Positions 32,907-41,976 of a stretch of DNA of 64,000 nucleotides are shown in pieces. Positions within the stretch are counted from its first letter, which is position 1; every line of letters begins with the position of its first letter. The DNA comes from an uncultured Actinomycetota bacterium (GTDB taxonomy: Bacteria; Actinomycetota; Actinomycetes; Actinomycetales; Microbacteriaceae), in NCBI GenBank assembly GCA_963803465.1, contig CAWDMS010000008.1, positions 124,903 through 188,902 of the forward strand, read 5' to 3'. The notes under the pieces are model-generated. The model had not been told where the DNA came from. It did not search any database and saw only the letters and a program-made list of their open reading frames with translations. A program made the position numbers and the translations under genes.

Positions 32907-33896
32907 TCACCGCTGGATCCCGAGCGAGGGCACGGGGCGTCTCACTCGTGGCACCCCGTAGGCATCCAGGATGCGTCCGAGGCGAGCCGGGCGCAGCACG
33001 TCCTCCCAGATCCAGTGCGCCGGATCACCGCTGAAGAGCAGCTCGTCGTCGCGCCGCTTCTCGTCGGCGAGCGCCCGCGCTCCCGACTTCCCCGCCCGAT
33101 TCGCGAGCTCGCCATACTTCGACAGCCCATCGAACTCGCCATAGACCGGCCGGCGTCCCGGCCGGAGGAAGCGCATGTCGACGCGCCATCGAGTGCCCGT
33201 CGGCCCCGTCACCCAGTGCTGCAGCTCCGGTGCCACGAAGCCGAGCTCGAACACGCGCACGCGGCTCCACGACTCGCCCACCGACTCCGCCTCGCCGTCC
33301 GCGAAGGCGATGGCCCACCCGCGCTGCCGCACGACCGCGGGCACCTTGGCGACCGAGCGCGTCGAGGATCGCCCGCTTCGACATCAGCCGCAGGTGCAGC
33401 GCGGCGTCGATCGCTGAAACAGCCACGAGCCGATCGCGCCGTCTCGCGACGTCCGCGAGCGCGTATGCGAGCGAGCACACCAGCAGGTCGTCGATCCGGA
33501 CGATGTCGGTGGGGGCGAGCTCGACCGGCGCATGCACGACACCCGCCTTCTTCCTCGCGGTGGTAGCGCCGCCCGCGTGTAGACGGCATCCGGCTCCAAC
33601 CCGTACGGGACGCCGTGGAGCGCGAGCGCCGATTCACGCGCGAAGACCGGCTGCGACCTCGCCACGTGCACCGCCCTGATGCGCAGCAGGTATCGCCCGT
33701 CGCGGCCGATCGCATCCGGCACCGGGCTCGCGGCACCTGCAGGCGCATCCGGAGGCGACGCCGACGGCGACTGCTCGACGTAGATGCCGCGCCGCACCCG
33801 CGCGAAGCGATCGTCCCGCTCGGGGCGGAGGCCCGGTGCGGCGGCGACGAGCTCGTGCTTCGTTCGCAAGGGGCCGGGTTCGGATGCGCTCGACAT
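32907..33896 (-). CDS. AbiEi-like N-terminus plus DUF559/Vsr-like putative nuclease (two apparent frameshifts)
   Basis: RVRRGIY, ESALALHG, ALADVAR, DAAL, ESVGESWSR, PELQ, RVD, GEFDGLSKY, EKRRDDEL across three frames. Confidence 0.75.
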
Positions 33897-33993
33897 GGCG
33901 AGCACCGTGGCAGAACGGGTCGCGGACGCGGTGCGACCACGCGACACCCTGTGGATGGGTGGGCCGCTCCGCTCCCTGCCCGCTTCGGCGATC

Positions 33994-34051
33994 GGACCCC
34001 TTCCACCCATCAGGACCCGGTGCACCGGGTCCCCTACGGTGGAAGGGGTCC
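33994..34051. repeat. 58-bp palindrome, family C, right flank of nuclease-like gene
   Basis: GGACCCCTTCCACC...GGACCCGGTGCACCGGGTCC...GGTGGAAGGGGTCC. Confidence 0.92.
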
Positions 34052-34178
34052 AGTGCTCGGAGAACCGGCTGCGGCGGGCGACCGCGCGGGGGCTCGGCGG
34101 CGGGCGGCTCGGCGGGCGGCGCGGCGCGGATGCGGGCGGCGCGTGCGCGCGCACAGCCCGACACGGGAGAATGGTCGG

Positions 34179-37100
34179 ATGCGCATCGAGTACCCGGCTG
34201 ATCTGCCCGTCAGCGAGGCGCGCGACGAGATCATGGCGGCGATCCGCGACCACCAGGTGGTGATCGTCGCGGGCGCGACGGGATCCGGCAAGACGACGCA
34301 GCTGCCGAAGATGTGCCTCGAGCTCGGCCGCTCGAGCATCGGCCACACGCAGCCGCGCCGACTCGCCGCGCGCACGATCGCCGAGCGCATCGCCGAGGAG
34401 CTCGGCGAGGAGCTCGGCGGGGCCGTCGGCTACAAGGTGCGCTTCACCGACCAGGTGTCGGCCGCGACGCAGATCAAGGTCATGACCGACGGCATCCTGC
34501 TCGCCGAGATGCACCGGGACCGCGACCTCGAGCAGTACGACACGATCATCATCGACGAGGCGCACGAGCGCAGCCTCACGATCGACTTCCTGGTCGGCTA
34601 CCTGCAGCGGCTGCTCCCCCGCCGCCCCGACCTCAAGGTGATCGTCACGAGCGCGACCATCGATCCGGGGTCGTTCAGCCGGCACTTCGGCGGCGCCCCG
34701 ATCATCGAGGTCTCCGGCCGCACGTACCCGGTGGACATCCGCTACCGCCCGCTCGTCTCGGAGGCGATGGACGAGGACGACGACGGCGAGGCCGACGAGC
34801 CCGCCGCCGACCTCGACCCGATCGACGGCATCGAGTCGGCGCTGCAGGAGATCGCCCGCGACGACGCCGGCGACGTGCTCGTCTTCCTCCCCAGCGAGGC
34901 CGACATCCGCGACGCGCAGGACCAGCTGCAGGGCAAGCTCGGCCCCACCACCGAGATCCTGCCCCTCTACGGCCGCCTGAGCGCCGCCGACCAGCACCGC
35001 GTCTTCGAGCGCAGCGCGCGCCCGGGCATCCGCCGCCGCGTCGTGCTCGCCACGAACGTCGCCGAGACGAGCCTCACGGTGCCGGGCATCCGTCACGTCA
35101 TCGACACCGGCACCGCGCGCATCTCGCGCTACTCCGCGCGCAGCAAGGTGCAGCGGCTGCCGATCGAGGCGATCAGCCAGGCGAGCGCCAATCAGCGCTC
35201 CGGCCGCGCGGGCCGGGTGGCGCCGGGCATCGCGATCCGCCTCTACGCCGAGTCCGACTTCGACAAGCGCCCCGCGTTCACCGACCCGGAGATCCTCCGC
35301 ACGAACCTCGCGGCGGTCATCCTGCAGGCCGCCTCGCTCGGGCTCGGCCCGCTCGAGGAGTTCCCGTTCCTGCAGCCGCCCGACCCGCGCGGCATCAAGG
35401 ACGGCCACGACCTGCTGCGCGAGCTCGGCGCGATCTCGGCCAAGGGCGGCATCACGAAGATCGGCCGCGAGCTCGCGCGACTGCCCGTCGACCCGCGGTT
35501 CGGGCGGATGGCGCTGGCCGGCCGAGACGCGGACGTCGCGCACGAGGTCATCGCGATCGTCGCCGGCCTGACCATCCAGGACCCGCGCGAGCGCCCGCTC
35601 GAGCGGCGCGAGGAGGCCGACCGCATGCACGCGCGGTTCGCCGACCCGACGAGCGACTTCATCACGCTGCTCGCGCTCTGGCGGCACCTGCAGGCGCAGC
35701 AGGCGGCGCTGTCGGGCAACCAGTTCCGCAAGCTCTGCAAGGCGGAGCACCTGTCGTTCCTGCGGGTGCGCGAGTGGCAGGACGTCGTGCGGCAGCTGAC
35801 GCGGTCGATGGGGCTGAAGCCCGAGAAGCGGCCGTCGGGCAGCGCCGACCCAGCCCGGTCGTCGAGCAGCACCGAAGGCGCGCATCGAGACGACAGCGGT
35901 CTCGATACGCGGACTTCGTCAGCTACTCGACCTGCGCGAGGGTCTACTCGACCAGCGGAGGGTGCGGACGGGACGCCCGGCTCGCTCGCCGCCGCCGTCG
36001 ACGCCGACACCGTGCACAAGGCGCTGCTCTCGGGCCTGCTCGGCCGCATCGGCACGCTCGACGAGACGCAGAAGCCGCAGCAGTCCCGGCCCGGCGACAA
36101 GGCCGACAAGCGGCGGATGCGCGTGCGGCCCGAGTACCTCGGCGCCCGCGGCGCGCGGTTCCAGATCTTCCCCGGCTCCGGCCTCGCCAAGAAGCCGCCC
36201 CGCGCGGTGATGGCCGCCGAGCTCGTCGAGACCAGCCGCCTGTTCGCCCGCAACGTCGCATCCATCGACCTCGCCTGGGCCGAGCCGCTCGCCGGCGACC
36301 TCGCGAAGCGCCAGGTGTCGGAGCCCCACTGGGAGCGCAAGCAGGGCTCCGTCGTGGCGTTCGAGAAGGTGACGCTCTTCGGCGTCACGATCGTGGAGCG
36401 GCGGCGCGTGCAGTTCGCACCGATCGACCCGGAGCACGCGCGCGAGCTCTTCATCCGGCACGCGCTCGTCGACGGCGAGTGGGACAGCCCGCAGGACTTC
36501 GACCGCAGGAACAAGGAGCTGCGCCGCGAGATCGAGCGGCTCGAGGAGCGCCAGCGCCGACGCGACCTGCTCGTCGGCGACGAGGCGGTGTTCGACTTCT
36601 TCGACGCGCGCATCCCGGCCGACGTCGCATCCACGCGCAGCTTCGAGGGCTGGTGGCGCCAGGAGCGCACGACCCGCCCCGAGCTGCTGACGATGACGCG
36701 CGAGGACCTCACGGGCGAGGATGCGCGGGTCGATCAGGAGGCGTACCCGACGAAGTGGCAGCAGGGCGAGCAGCGGCTGCGGCTCAGCTACCGCTTCGAG
36801 CCGGGCGCCGCCGACGACGGCGTGACCGTGCACGTGCCGCTCGCGGTGCTGCCGAGGCTCACCCCGGAGGGCTTCGACTGGCTCGTGCCCGGCATGCGCG
36901 AGGACCTGCTCACCGCCATGATCAAGAGCCTCCCCAAGCACGTGCGCAAGCACGTCGTGCCTGCCGCCGACTGGGCGCGCGGCATGCTCGCCGAGCTGCC
37001 CGCCGAGCCGCCCGCGGCGGGCAGGGGCAGCGACCGGCCCGCCTCCATCGCGGAGGTGCTGGCCGCCCGCATCTCCCGCACCGCCTACGTGCAGGCGGCC

Positions 37101-38192
37101 GCGAGCGACGTCGACTGGCACCGCATCCCCGACCACCTCAAGCCCACCTTCGCGGTGGAGGACGGCCGCGGCCGCCGGCTGGGCGCCGACAAGGACCTCG
37201 AGGCGCTCAAGCGTCGCTTCGGGCAGCAGGCGACGGCGCAGGTGGCGAAGGCCGCGGTGAAGGTGACGAGCGACCTCGAGCGCGACGAGGTGGCCGGCTT
37301 CGAGGTCGAGCTGCCCGAGCACATCGACGTGCGGCAGGGCGGCAACACCGTGCGCGCCTACCCGGGCTACGCGATCACCGGCAAGGGCACGGGCACCGGT
37401 GCGGCCGGGAGGGCGACGGTCGGCATCCGGCTCGCGTCGACGCGCGAGGCGCAGCAGCGCGACCAGCGCGCGGCGGTGCGGCAGCTGCTGCTGCGGCAGG
37501 TGCCGAGCCCCGGCCCCTACGTGCAGTCGAACCTCACGGCGGCCGAGAAGCTCGCGCTCGGCGCGAGCCCCTACCCGTCGACCGACCGGCTCTTCGACGA
37601 CCTCATGCTCGCGATCATCGACGCCGAGCTGGGCGCGACGCTGCCCGCGACGGTCGCCGACTTCGAGGCGCTGCGCGCACGCGTCGCCGACGGCCTCGTC
37701 GACCGCATGTTCTCCCTCGCGTCGCAGGTGGCGCGCATCCTCACCTCCGCCCGGCACGCCGACCGCGCCATCCGCGACGGCGCGAGCCTCGCCCACATGG
37801 CGGCGCTCGCCGACGCCCGCGCGCACCTCGACCAGCTCGTCTTCGACGGCTTCGTGAGCCGCACGGGGCTCGCGCGCCTCGGCCGGCTCGAGGTCTACGT
37901 GCGCGCGATCGAGCACCGCGTGAAGCGCCTGCCCGAGACCGCCCACCGCGACCGCATCTGGCTCACGGAGGTCGAGCAGGCGACGGCCCTGTTCACCGCG
38001 GCGGGCGGCACGCTGCCGCTCGCGGCTGCGGTGGCGGATGCCGTGCCGGGCACGGACGGGTCGGCGAAGGCCGAGCGGCTGGTCGCCGCCCGCTGGCTGC
38101 TGGAGGAGCTGCGCGTCAGCCTGTTCGCGCAGCAGCTGGGCACCTCGGGGCCGGTCAGCCTGCAGCGGGTGAAGAAGGCGCTCGCCGCCTGA
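34179..38192 (+). CDS. hrpA: ATP-dependent RNA helicase HrpA
   Basis: GATGSGKTTQLPK, TQPRR, DEAHERS, SAT, ATNVAETSLT, QRSGRAGR, EELRVSLFAQQLGT. Confidence 0.96.
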   Translation: MRIEYPADLPVSEARDEIMAAIRDHQVVIVAGATGSGKTTQLPKMCLELGRSSIGHTQPRRLAARTIAERIAEELGEELGGAVGYKVRFTDQVSAATQIKVMTDGILLAEMHRDRDLEQYDTIIIDEAHERSLTIDFLVGYLQRLLPRRPDLKVIVTSATIDPGSFSRHFGGAPIIEVSGRTYPVDIRYRPLVSEAMDEDDDGEADEPAADLDPIDGIESALQEIARDDAGDVLVFLPSEADIRDAQDQLQGKLGPTTEILPLYGRLSAADQHRVFERSARPGIRRRVVLATNVAETSLTVPGIRHVIDTGTARISRYSARSKVQRLPIEAISQASANQRSGRAGRVAPGIAIRLYAESDFDKRPAFTDPEILRTNLAAVILQAASLGLGPLEEFPFLQPPDPRGIKDGHDLLRELGAISAKGGITKIGRELARLPVDPRFGRMALAGRDADVAHEVIAIVAGLTIQDPRERPLERREEADRMHARFADPTSDFITLLALWRHLQAQQAALSGNQFRKLCKAEHLSFLRVREWQDVVRQLTRSMGLKPEKRPSGSADPARSSSSTEGAHRDDSGLDTRTSSATRPARGSTRPAEGADGTPGSLAAAVDADTVHKALLSGLLGRIGTLDETQKPQQSRPGDKADKRRMRVRPEYLGARGARFQIFPGSGLAKKPPRAVMAAELVETSRLFARNVASIDLAWAEPLAGDLAKRQVSEPHWERKQGSVVAFEKVTLFGVTIVERRRVQFAPIDPEHARELFIRHALVDGEWDSPQDFDRRNKELRREIERLEERQRRRDLLVGDEAVFDFFDARIPADVASTRSFEGWWRQERTTRPELLTMTREDLTGEDARVDQEAYPTKWQQGEQRLRLSYRFEPGAADDGVTVHVPLAVLPRLTPEGFDWLVPGMREDLLTAMIKSLPKHVRKHVVPAADWARGMLAELPAEPPAAGRGSDRPASIAEVLAARISRTAYVQAAASDVDWHRIPDHLKPTFAVEDGRGRRLGADKDLEALKRRFGQQATAQVAKAAVKVTSDLERDEVAGFEVELPEHIDVRQGGNTVRAYPGYAITGKGTGTGAAGRATVGIRLASTREAQQRDQRAAVRQLLLRQVPSPGPYVQSNLTAAEKLALGASPYPSTDRLFDDLMLAIIDAELGATLPATVADFEALRARVADGLVDRMFSLASQVARILTSARHADRAIRDGASLAHMAALADARAHLDQLVFDGFVSRTGLARLGRLEVYVRAIEHRVKRLPETAHRDRIWLTEVEQATALFTAAGGTLPLAAAVADAVPGTDGSAKAERLVAARWLLEELRVSLFAQQLGTSGPVSLQRVKKALAA
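35860..35958. repeat. GTAG-type REP inverted doublet plus partial copy (family E), in frame inside hrpA
   Basis: 35860-35892 forward, 35898-35932 reverse (GGTCTCGATACG...CTACTCGACC), 35944-35958 partial; matches intergenic copies at 52217 and 53019. Confidence 0.88.
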
Positions 38193-38286
38193 GCGCTCGC
38201 GACGCGCGCCGCTGCCCGCTCCGCGCACGCAGCCCGGCCTCTCGTCGGCATCGCCGACCCCGAGCCACAGCCGGCCAGCGACTGAC

Positions 38287-38349
38287 GGACCCGTTCCTGG
38301 ATGCCGGACCCGTTCCTGGATGCCGGACCAGTTCCTGGATGCCGGACCC
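38287..38349. repeat. 19-bp tandem repeat GGACCCGTTCCTGGATGCC, 3 copies plus partial
   Basis: GGACC at 38287, 38306, 38325, 38344. Confidence 0.92.
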
Positions 38350-38375
38350 CAAGCCACGGCCGCCCACCAACCGGC

Positions 38376-38433
38376 GGACCCCTTTCTCGATGGTGGACCC
38401 GATATTTCGGGTCCATCAGCGAGAAACGGGTCC
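38376..38433. repeat. 58-bp palindromic repeat, family C (solo copy)
   Basis: GGACCCCTTTCTCG...GGACCC-N8-GGGTCC...CGAGAAACGGGTCC. Confidence 0.85.
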
Positions 38434-38449
38434 AGCTCCACCGGCCGGT

Positions 38450-38484
38450 CGTCGAGGAGCACGCGAAGCGCGCGCATCGAGACG
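38450..38484. repeat. REP-like element, family E
   Basis: CGTCGAGGAGCACGCGAAGCGCGCGCATCGAGACG. Confidence 0.75.
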
Positions 38485-38570
38485 AGCCGCGCGCACACCC
38501 GATCTCGATGCGCGGCCAGCGGCTGCGACTCGATCAGCGGGAGGCGCGCGACGCCGTACGGTTGAGGGCG

Positions 38571-38915
38571 ATGGAGAGCAACCGCTACGGCCCCACCTAC
38601 CAGCGCAACGCGCTCGCCCCCGGCGTGCTCGTCGCGATCGCGCTCGTCGTGGGCACGCTGCTCATCGGCAGCGAGTGGTACGAGACGCTGCGCTTCGTGA
38701 TCGCGGTGCTCGCGGTGATCGTCGCCTGGTTCGCCTTCCAGGCGAGGCACTGGTGGTGGATCCCCGTCTTCCTGGCGATCGCGGTCGTCTGGAACCCGGT
38801 CATGCCGTTCGACCTCTCGGGCCAGCCCTGGCTGCTCGCCCACCTCGGCGCCGCCGTCGTCGCGCTCGTCGCCGCGGTGCTCATCAAGGCCCCCCGCACC
38901 GACGACGCGCGCTGA
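38571..38915 (+). CDS. Small membrane protein (DUF6804-like)
   Basis: RNALAPG, four hydrophobic segments, WNP..P. Confidence 0.75.
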   Translation: MESNRYGPTYQRNALAPGVLVAIALVVGTLLIGSEWYETLRFVIAVLAVIVAWFAFQARHWWWIPVFLAIAVVWNPVMPFDLSGQPWLLAHLGAAVVALVAAVLIKAPRTDDAR

Positions 38916-38977
38916 CCTGCTGACGCGCGCGGCCGATGACGGCTCGCGGGTCGCGGGCTCGCCACTACGGTGAACCC

Positions 38978-40129
38978 GTGATCGACGGAGCCCAGGCGCT
39001 CGGCTGGCGGCTGCGCCGTCACGGCCTCCACCCGGTCGTGCACGCCGACGCGACCGACAGCATCCGTCGCGTCGTCGCAGTGCGCGGCTGGCCGGCAGAG
39101 ACGGCGGAGCTCGCGGTCGCCATGCGCCAGGCCGAGCCTCGAGCAGGCACCGTGCAGCGCGCCCTCGACGACGGCGAGCTCGTGCGCAGCTACGCGTTCC
39201 GCGGCGGCTCGTACGTCTTCACGCACGAGACGGCATCCGTGCTGCTCGCCGCGCGCACCGCGACGCGCATCTGGGAGACGGATCGCTGGCAGCGGCAGGG
39301 CGGCTTCGCCATCGATGACTGGGCGCCGCTGCGCGACGCGGTGCGGGATGCGCTCCGCACCGGCCCGCGGACGCGCGCGGAGGTGGGCGCCCACCTCGCC
39401 CGCATCCCCGCGCTGCGGCACCTCGCGAGCGCCGCGACGGAGGGCAGCGGCTCGGACGCGCTGTACAAGCCGCTGCACTGGTGGGGCGACATCTGCTTCG
39501 GGCCGGAGCGCGACGGGCAGTCGACGTTCCGGCGGCTCGACGACGACCCGCGCTGGCCGGGCCTGCCGGACGTCGACGAGGCGGGGCGCCGCGCGTGCCT
39601 GCTGCACCTCGAGGCGTACGGCCCTGCGACGTCGGCGAACCTGGGCTACTGGCTGACCGAGGGCCTCGGCGTGCCGCGGCGGCGCCTCGAGGGCTGGCTG
39701 CGCGACCTCGGCGACGCGGTGGCGACCGTCGAGGTCGACGGGGAGGCGATGCTCATGGCGGCCGCGGACGTGGCCGAGCTCGAGGCGGCAGGGCACGACC
39801 ACACAGGGCACGAAGCCACCGGTCACGAAGCCACCGCGCGGCCGGATGCCGTGGTGCTGCTGCCGGCGTACGACCCGTGGGTGCTCGGTCCTGGCACCGC
39901 CGACACCCGGATCGTCCCGGCGGCGCGGCGCTCCCTCGTGTCGAACGGCGCGAACCTCGTCGTGTCGGGAGGCGTCGTGGCCGGCATCTGGCGCGCCCGC
40001 GGCACCACGCTCGCCGTCTCCTGGTTCGCCGAGGCGGGCGCGCCCCCGACCGCAGCGCTCGAGGAGCAGGCCGCTCGCGTCGCCGCCTTCCGCGGGGAGT
40101 CGCTGTCGCTCTCCATCCACAGCGCGTGA
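38978..40129 (+). CDS. AlkZ/YcaQ-like (HTH_42) DNA glycosylase family protein
   Basis: LVRSYAFRGG, YGPAT...L..W, LLPAYDP, G.VAGIW. Confidence 0.8.
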   Translation: MIDGAQALGWRLRRHGLHPVVHADATDSIRRVVAVRGWPAETAELAVAMRQAEPRAGTVQRALDDGELVRSYAFRGGSYVFTHETASVLLAARTATRIWETDRWQRQGGFAIDDWAPLRDAVRDALRTGPRTRAEVGAHLARIPALRHLASAATEGSGSDALYKPLHWWGDICFGPERDGQSTFRRLDDDPRWPGLPDVDEAGRRACLLHLEAYGPATSANLGYWLTEGLGVPRRRLEGWLRDLGDAVATVEVDGEAMLMAAADVAELEAAGHDHTGHEATGHEATARPDAVVLLPAYDPWVLGPGTADTRIVPAARRSLVSNGANLVVSGGVVAGIWRARGTTLAVSWFAEAGAPPTAALEEQAARVAAFRGESLSLSIHSA

Positions 40130-40224
40130 GCGCGACCGCTCACCGGCCCCGCAGCGCGGCGACCGCGGAGGCTGCGGCCCGCGCGCTTGGTAGCGTCAGC
40201 GCCATCGTCTCCGAAGGAGCACCC

Positions 40225-40791
40225 GTGCGCATCCGCCTGCCCCGACGCATCGCCGCCCTCGCTGCCGCCGCCGCCGCATCCGCAGTGCTCAGCGCGTGCT
40301 CGATGCTGCCGCTGCCGCCGCAGCCCACGCCGGCGCAGGTGCAGCCGATCGCGTCGGCGGCCGCCTCGGCGAACGGCGTGCCGCAGTGCCCCGCGCCGCT
40401 GCCCGGCCGCTACCTCGAGCACGTGACGGGAAACGGCCCCGTCGACAGCGCCTCGCTCCACCCGGGCGCGATCGACGGCACGGTCGACGACCTGATGGCC
40501 GACGCGGATGCGGTGTGCGGCATCCGCTTCGACCGCGTGCCGCCCGATCTCAGCGCACAGCTCGTGCTGCTGACGGGCGCTGCCGTGGAGGACGATCTGC
40601 GCGCCGCCGCGAGCGCGATCGGCTTGCGCCAGGGCGAGTTCCAGCTCGACGACGCGATCTGGAACGCCTCGACCGAGGACGGGCTCACCGTGCTCTCGCT
40701 GCACGCGCCCGGCAGCGCGATCGCCCGGATGTCGGGGCTGCCCGACGACGGCGAGCTGTGGGTGCTCGAGGCGACGATCCTCGACGGGTGA
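40225..40791 (+). CDS. Putative lipoprotein
   Basis: AAGGAG RBS, lipobox LSAC, two further Cys (PQC, DADAVC). Confidence 0.68.
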   Translation: MRIRLPRRIAALAAAAAASAVLSACSMLPLPPQPTPAQVQPIASAAASANGVPQCPAPLPGRYLEHVTGNGPVDSASLHPGAIDGTVDDLMADADAVCGIRFDRVPPDLSAQLVLLTGAAVEDDLRAAASAIGLRQGEFQLDDAIWNASTEDGLTVLSLHAPGSAIARMSGLPDDGELWVLEATILDG

Positions 40792-40810
40792 ACCGGCGCG
40801 GCGAGCCCCG

Positions 40811-41863
40811 CTACTGCGCCCCGCGCATCCGCCCCGCCTGCGCCGCCAGCAGCGTCACGAGCTCGTAGACGACGTGGCTCGCGGCGATGCCCGTCATCTG
40901 CGCGTGGTCGTACGCGGGCGACACCTCGACGACGTCGGCGCCGACGATGCGCTTGTCGCCGAGGCTCCGCAGCATGCGCAGCAGCTCGCGGCTCGTGAGC
41001 CCGCCCGCCTCGGGCGTGCCCGTGCCGGGCGCGTGGGCCGGGTCGAGCACGTCGATGTCGACCGAGACGTAGAGCGGCTTGTCGCCGATGCGGTCGCGGA
41101 TCCGCTCGATGGCGGCCTCGGCGCCGTGCTCCTCGACGTACTCGCTCGTCACGATCGAGAAGCCGAGCCGCTCGTCGTCCTCGAGGTCCTGCTTCGAGTA
41201 GAGCGGCCCGCGCGTGCCGACGTGGCAGCTGGCGGTGAGGTCGATGAGGCCCTCCTCGCTCGCGCGGCGGAAGGGCGTGCCGTGCGTGATCGGCGCGCCG
41301 AAGTAGGTGTCCCAGGTGTCGAGGTGGGCGTCGAAGTGCAGCACCGCGACCGGCCCGTGCTGCTTCGCGACCGCGCGCAGCAGCGGCAGCGCGATCGTGT
41401 GGTCGCCGCCGATCGTCACGATCGACGTCGCCCGCGCACCCAGCGCCGTGGCGGCGCGCTCGACCTCGAGCACGGCCTCCTCGATGTCGAACGGGTTCAC
41501 CGGGATGTCGCCGGCGTCGACGACCTGCGCCACCGCGAACGGCGACACGTCCTGCGCCGGGTTGTACGGCCGCAGCAGGCGCGACGACTCGCGCACGTGC
41601 GACGGCCCGAACCGGGTGCCCGGCCGGTAGCTGACGCCGGTGTCGAACGGCACGCCCACGATCGCGACGTCGGCGCGCGGCACGTCCTCGATGCGCGGCA
41701 GCCGGGCGAACGTGGCGATGCCGGCGTAGCGGGGCACGACGGATGCGTCGACGGGGCCGACCGGTGCCGTGCGGTTCGTCTCGGTGCCGGTCGGCTCGGT
41801 GCCAGCGGGCTGGCCGCCAGCGCTCTCGCTGCTGGTGGTCTGGTCGCCAGTGCTCTCGGTCAT
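40811..41863 (-). CDS. speB: Agmatinase/ureohydrolase
   Basis: GGDHT, DAHLD, HGTPF, DIDVLDP, PGTGTPE, EVSP.YD. Confidence 0.9.
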   Translation of the reverse strand: MTESTGDQTTSSESAGGQPAGTEPTGTETNRTAPVGPVDASVVPRYAGIATFARLPRIEDVPRADVAIVGVPFDTGVSYRPGTRFGPSHVRESSRLLRPYNPAQDVSPFAVAQVVDAGDIPVNPFDIEEAVLEVERAATALGARATSIVTIGGDHTIALPLLRAVAKQHGPVAVLHFDAHLDTWDTYFGAPITHGTPFRRASEEGLIDLTASCHVGTRGPLYSKQDLEDDERLGFSIVTSEYVEEHGAEAAIERIRDRIGDKPLYVSVDIDVLDPAHAPGTGTPEAGGLTSRELLRMLRSLGDKRIVGADVVEVSPAYDHAQMTGIAASHVVYELVTLLAAQAGRMRGAQ

Positions 41864-41976
41864 GATGTGCCTCTCCTGTCCGCTGCCGCCGCATCGGCGC
41901 GCACCGGCCGGGGCGAGCGCGGACGCACGTCATTCTGCCGGAAGGCCCACGGCATCCGCGCCCCTAGGCTGTCCTG

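Noticed and set aside
32907-33896. Complete type IV toxin-antitoxin (AbiE) system
   Set aside because: No adjacent AbiEii nucleotidyltransferase gene
32845-34051. Classical IS element
   Set aside because: No DDE or HUH transposase motif and no target-site duplication at the outer ends
38287-38349. Possible CRISPR or plasmid iteron array
   Set aside because: Contiguous tandem with no spacers and no rep or cas gene nearby
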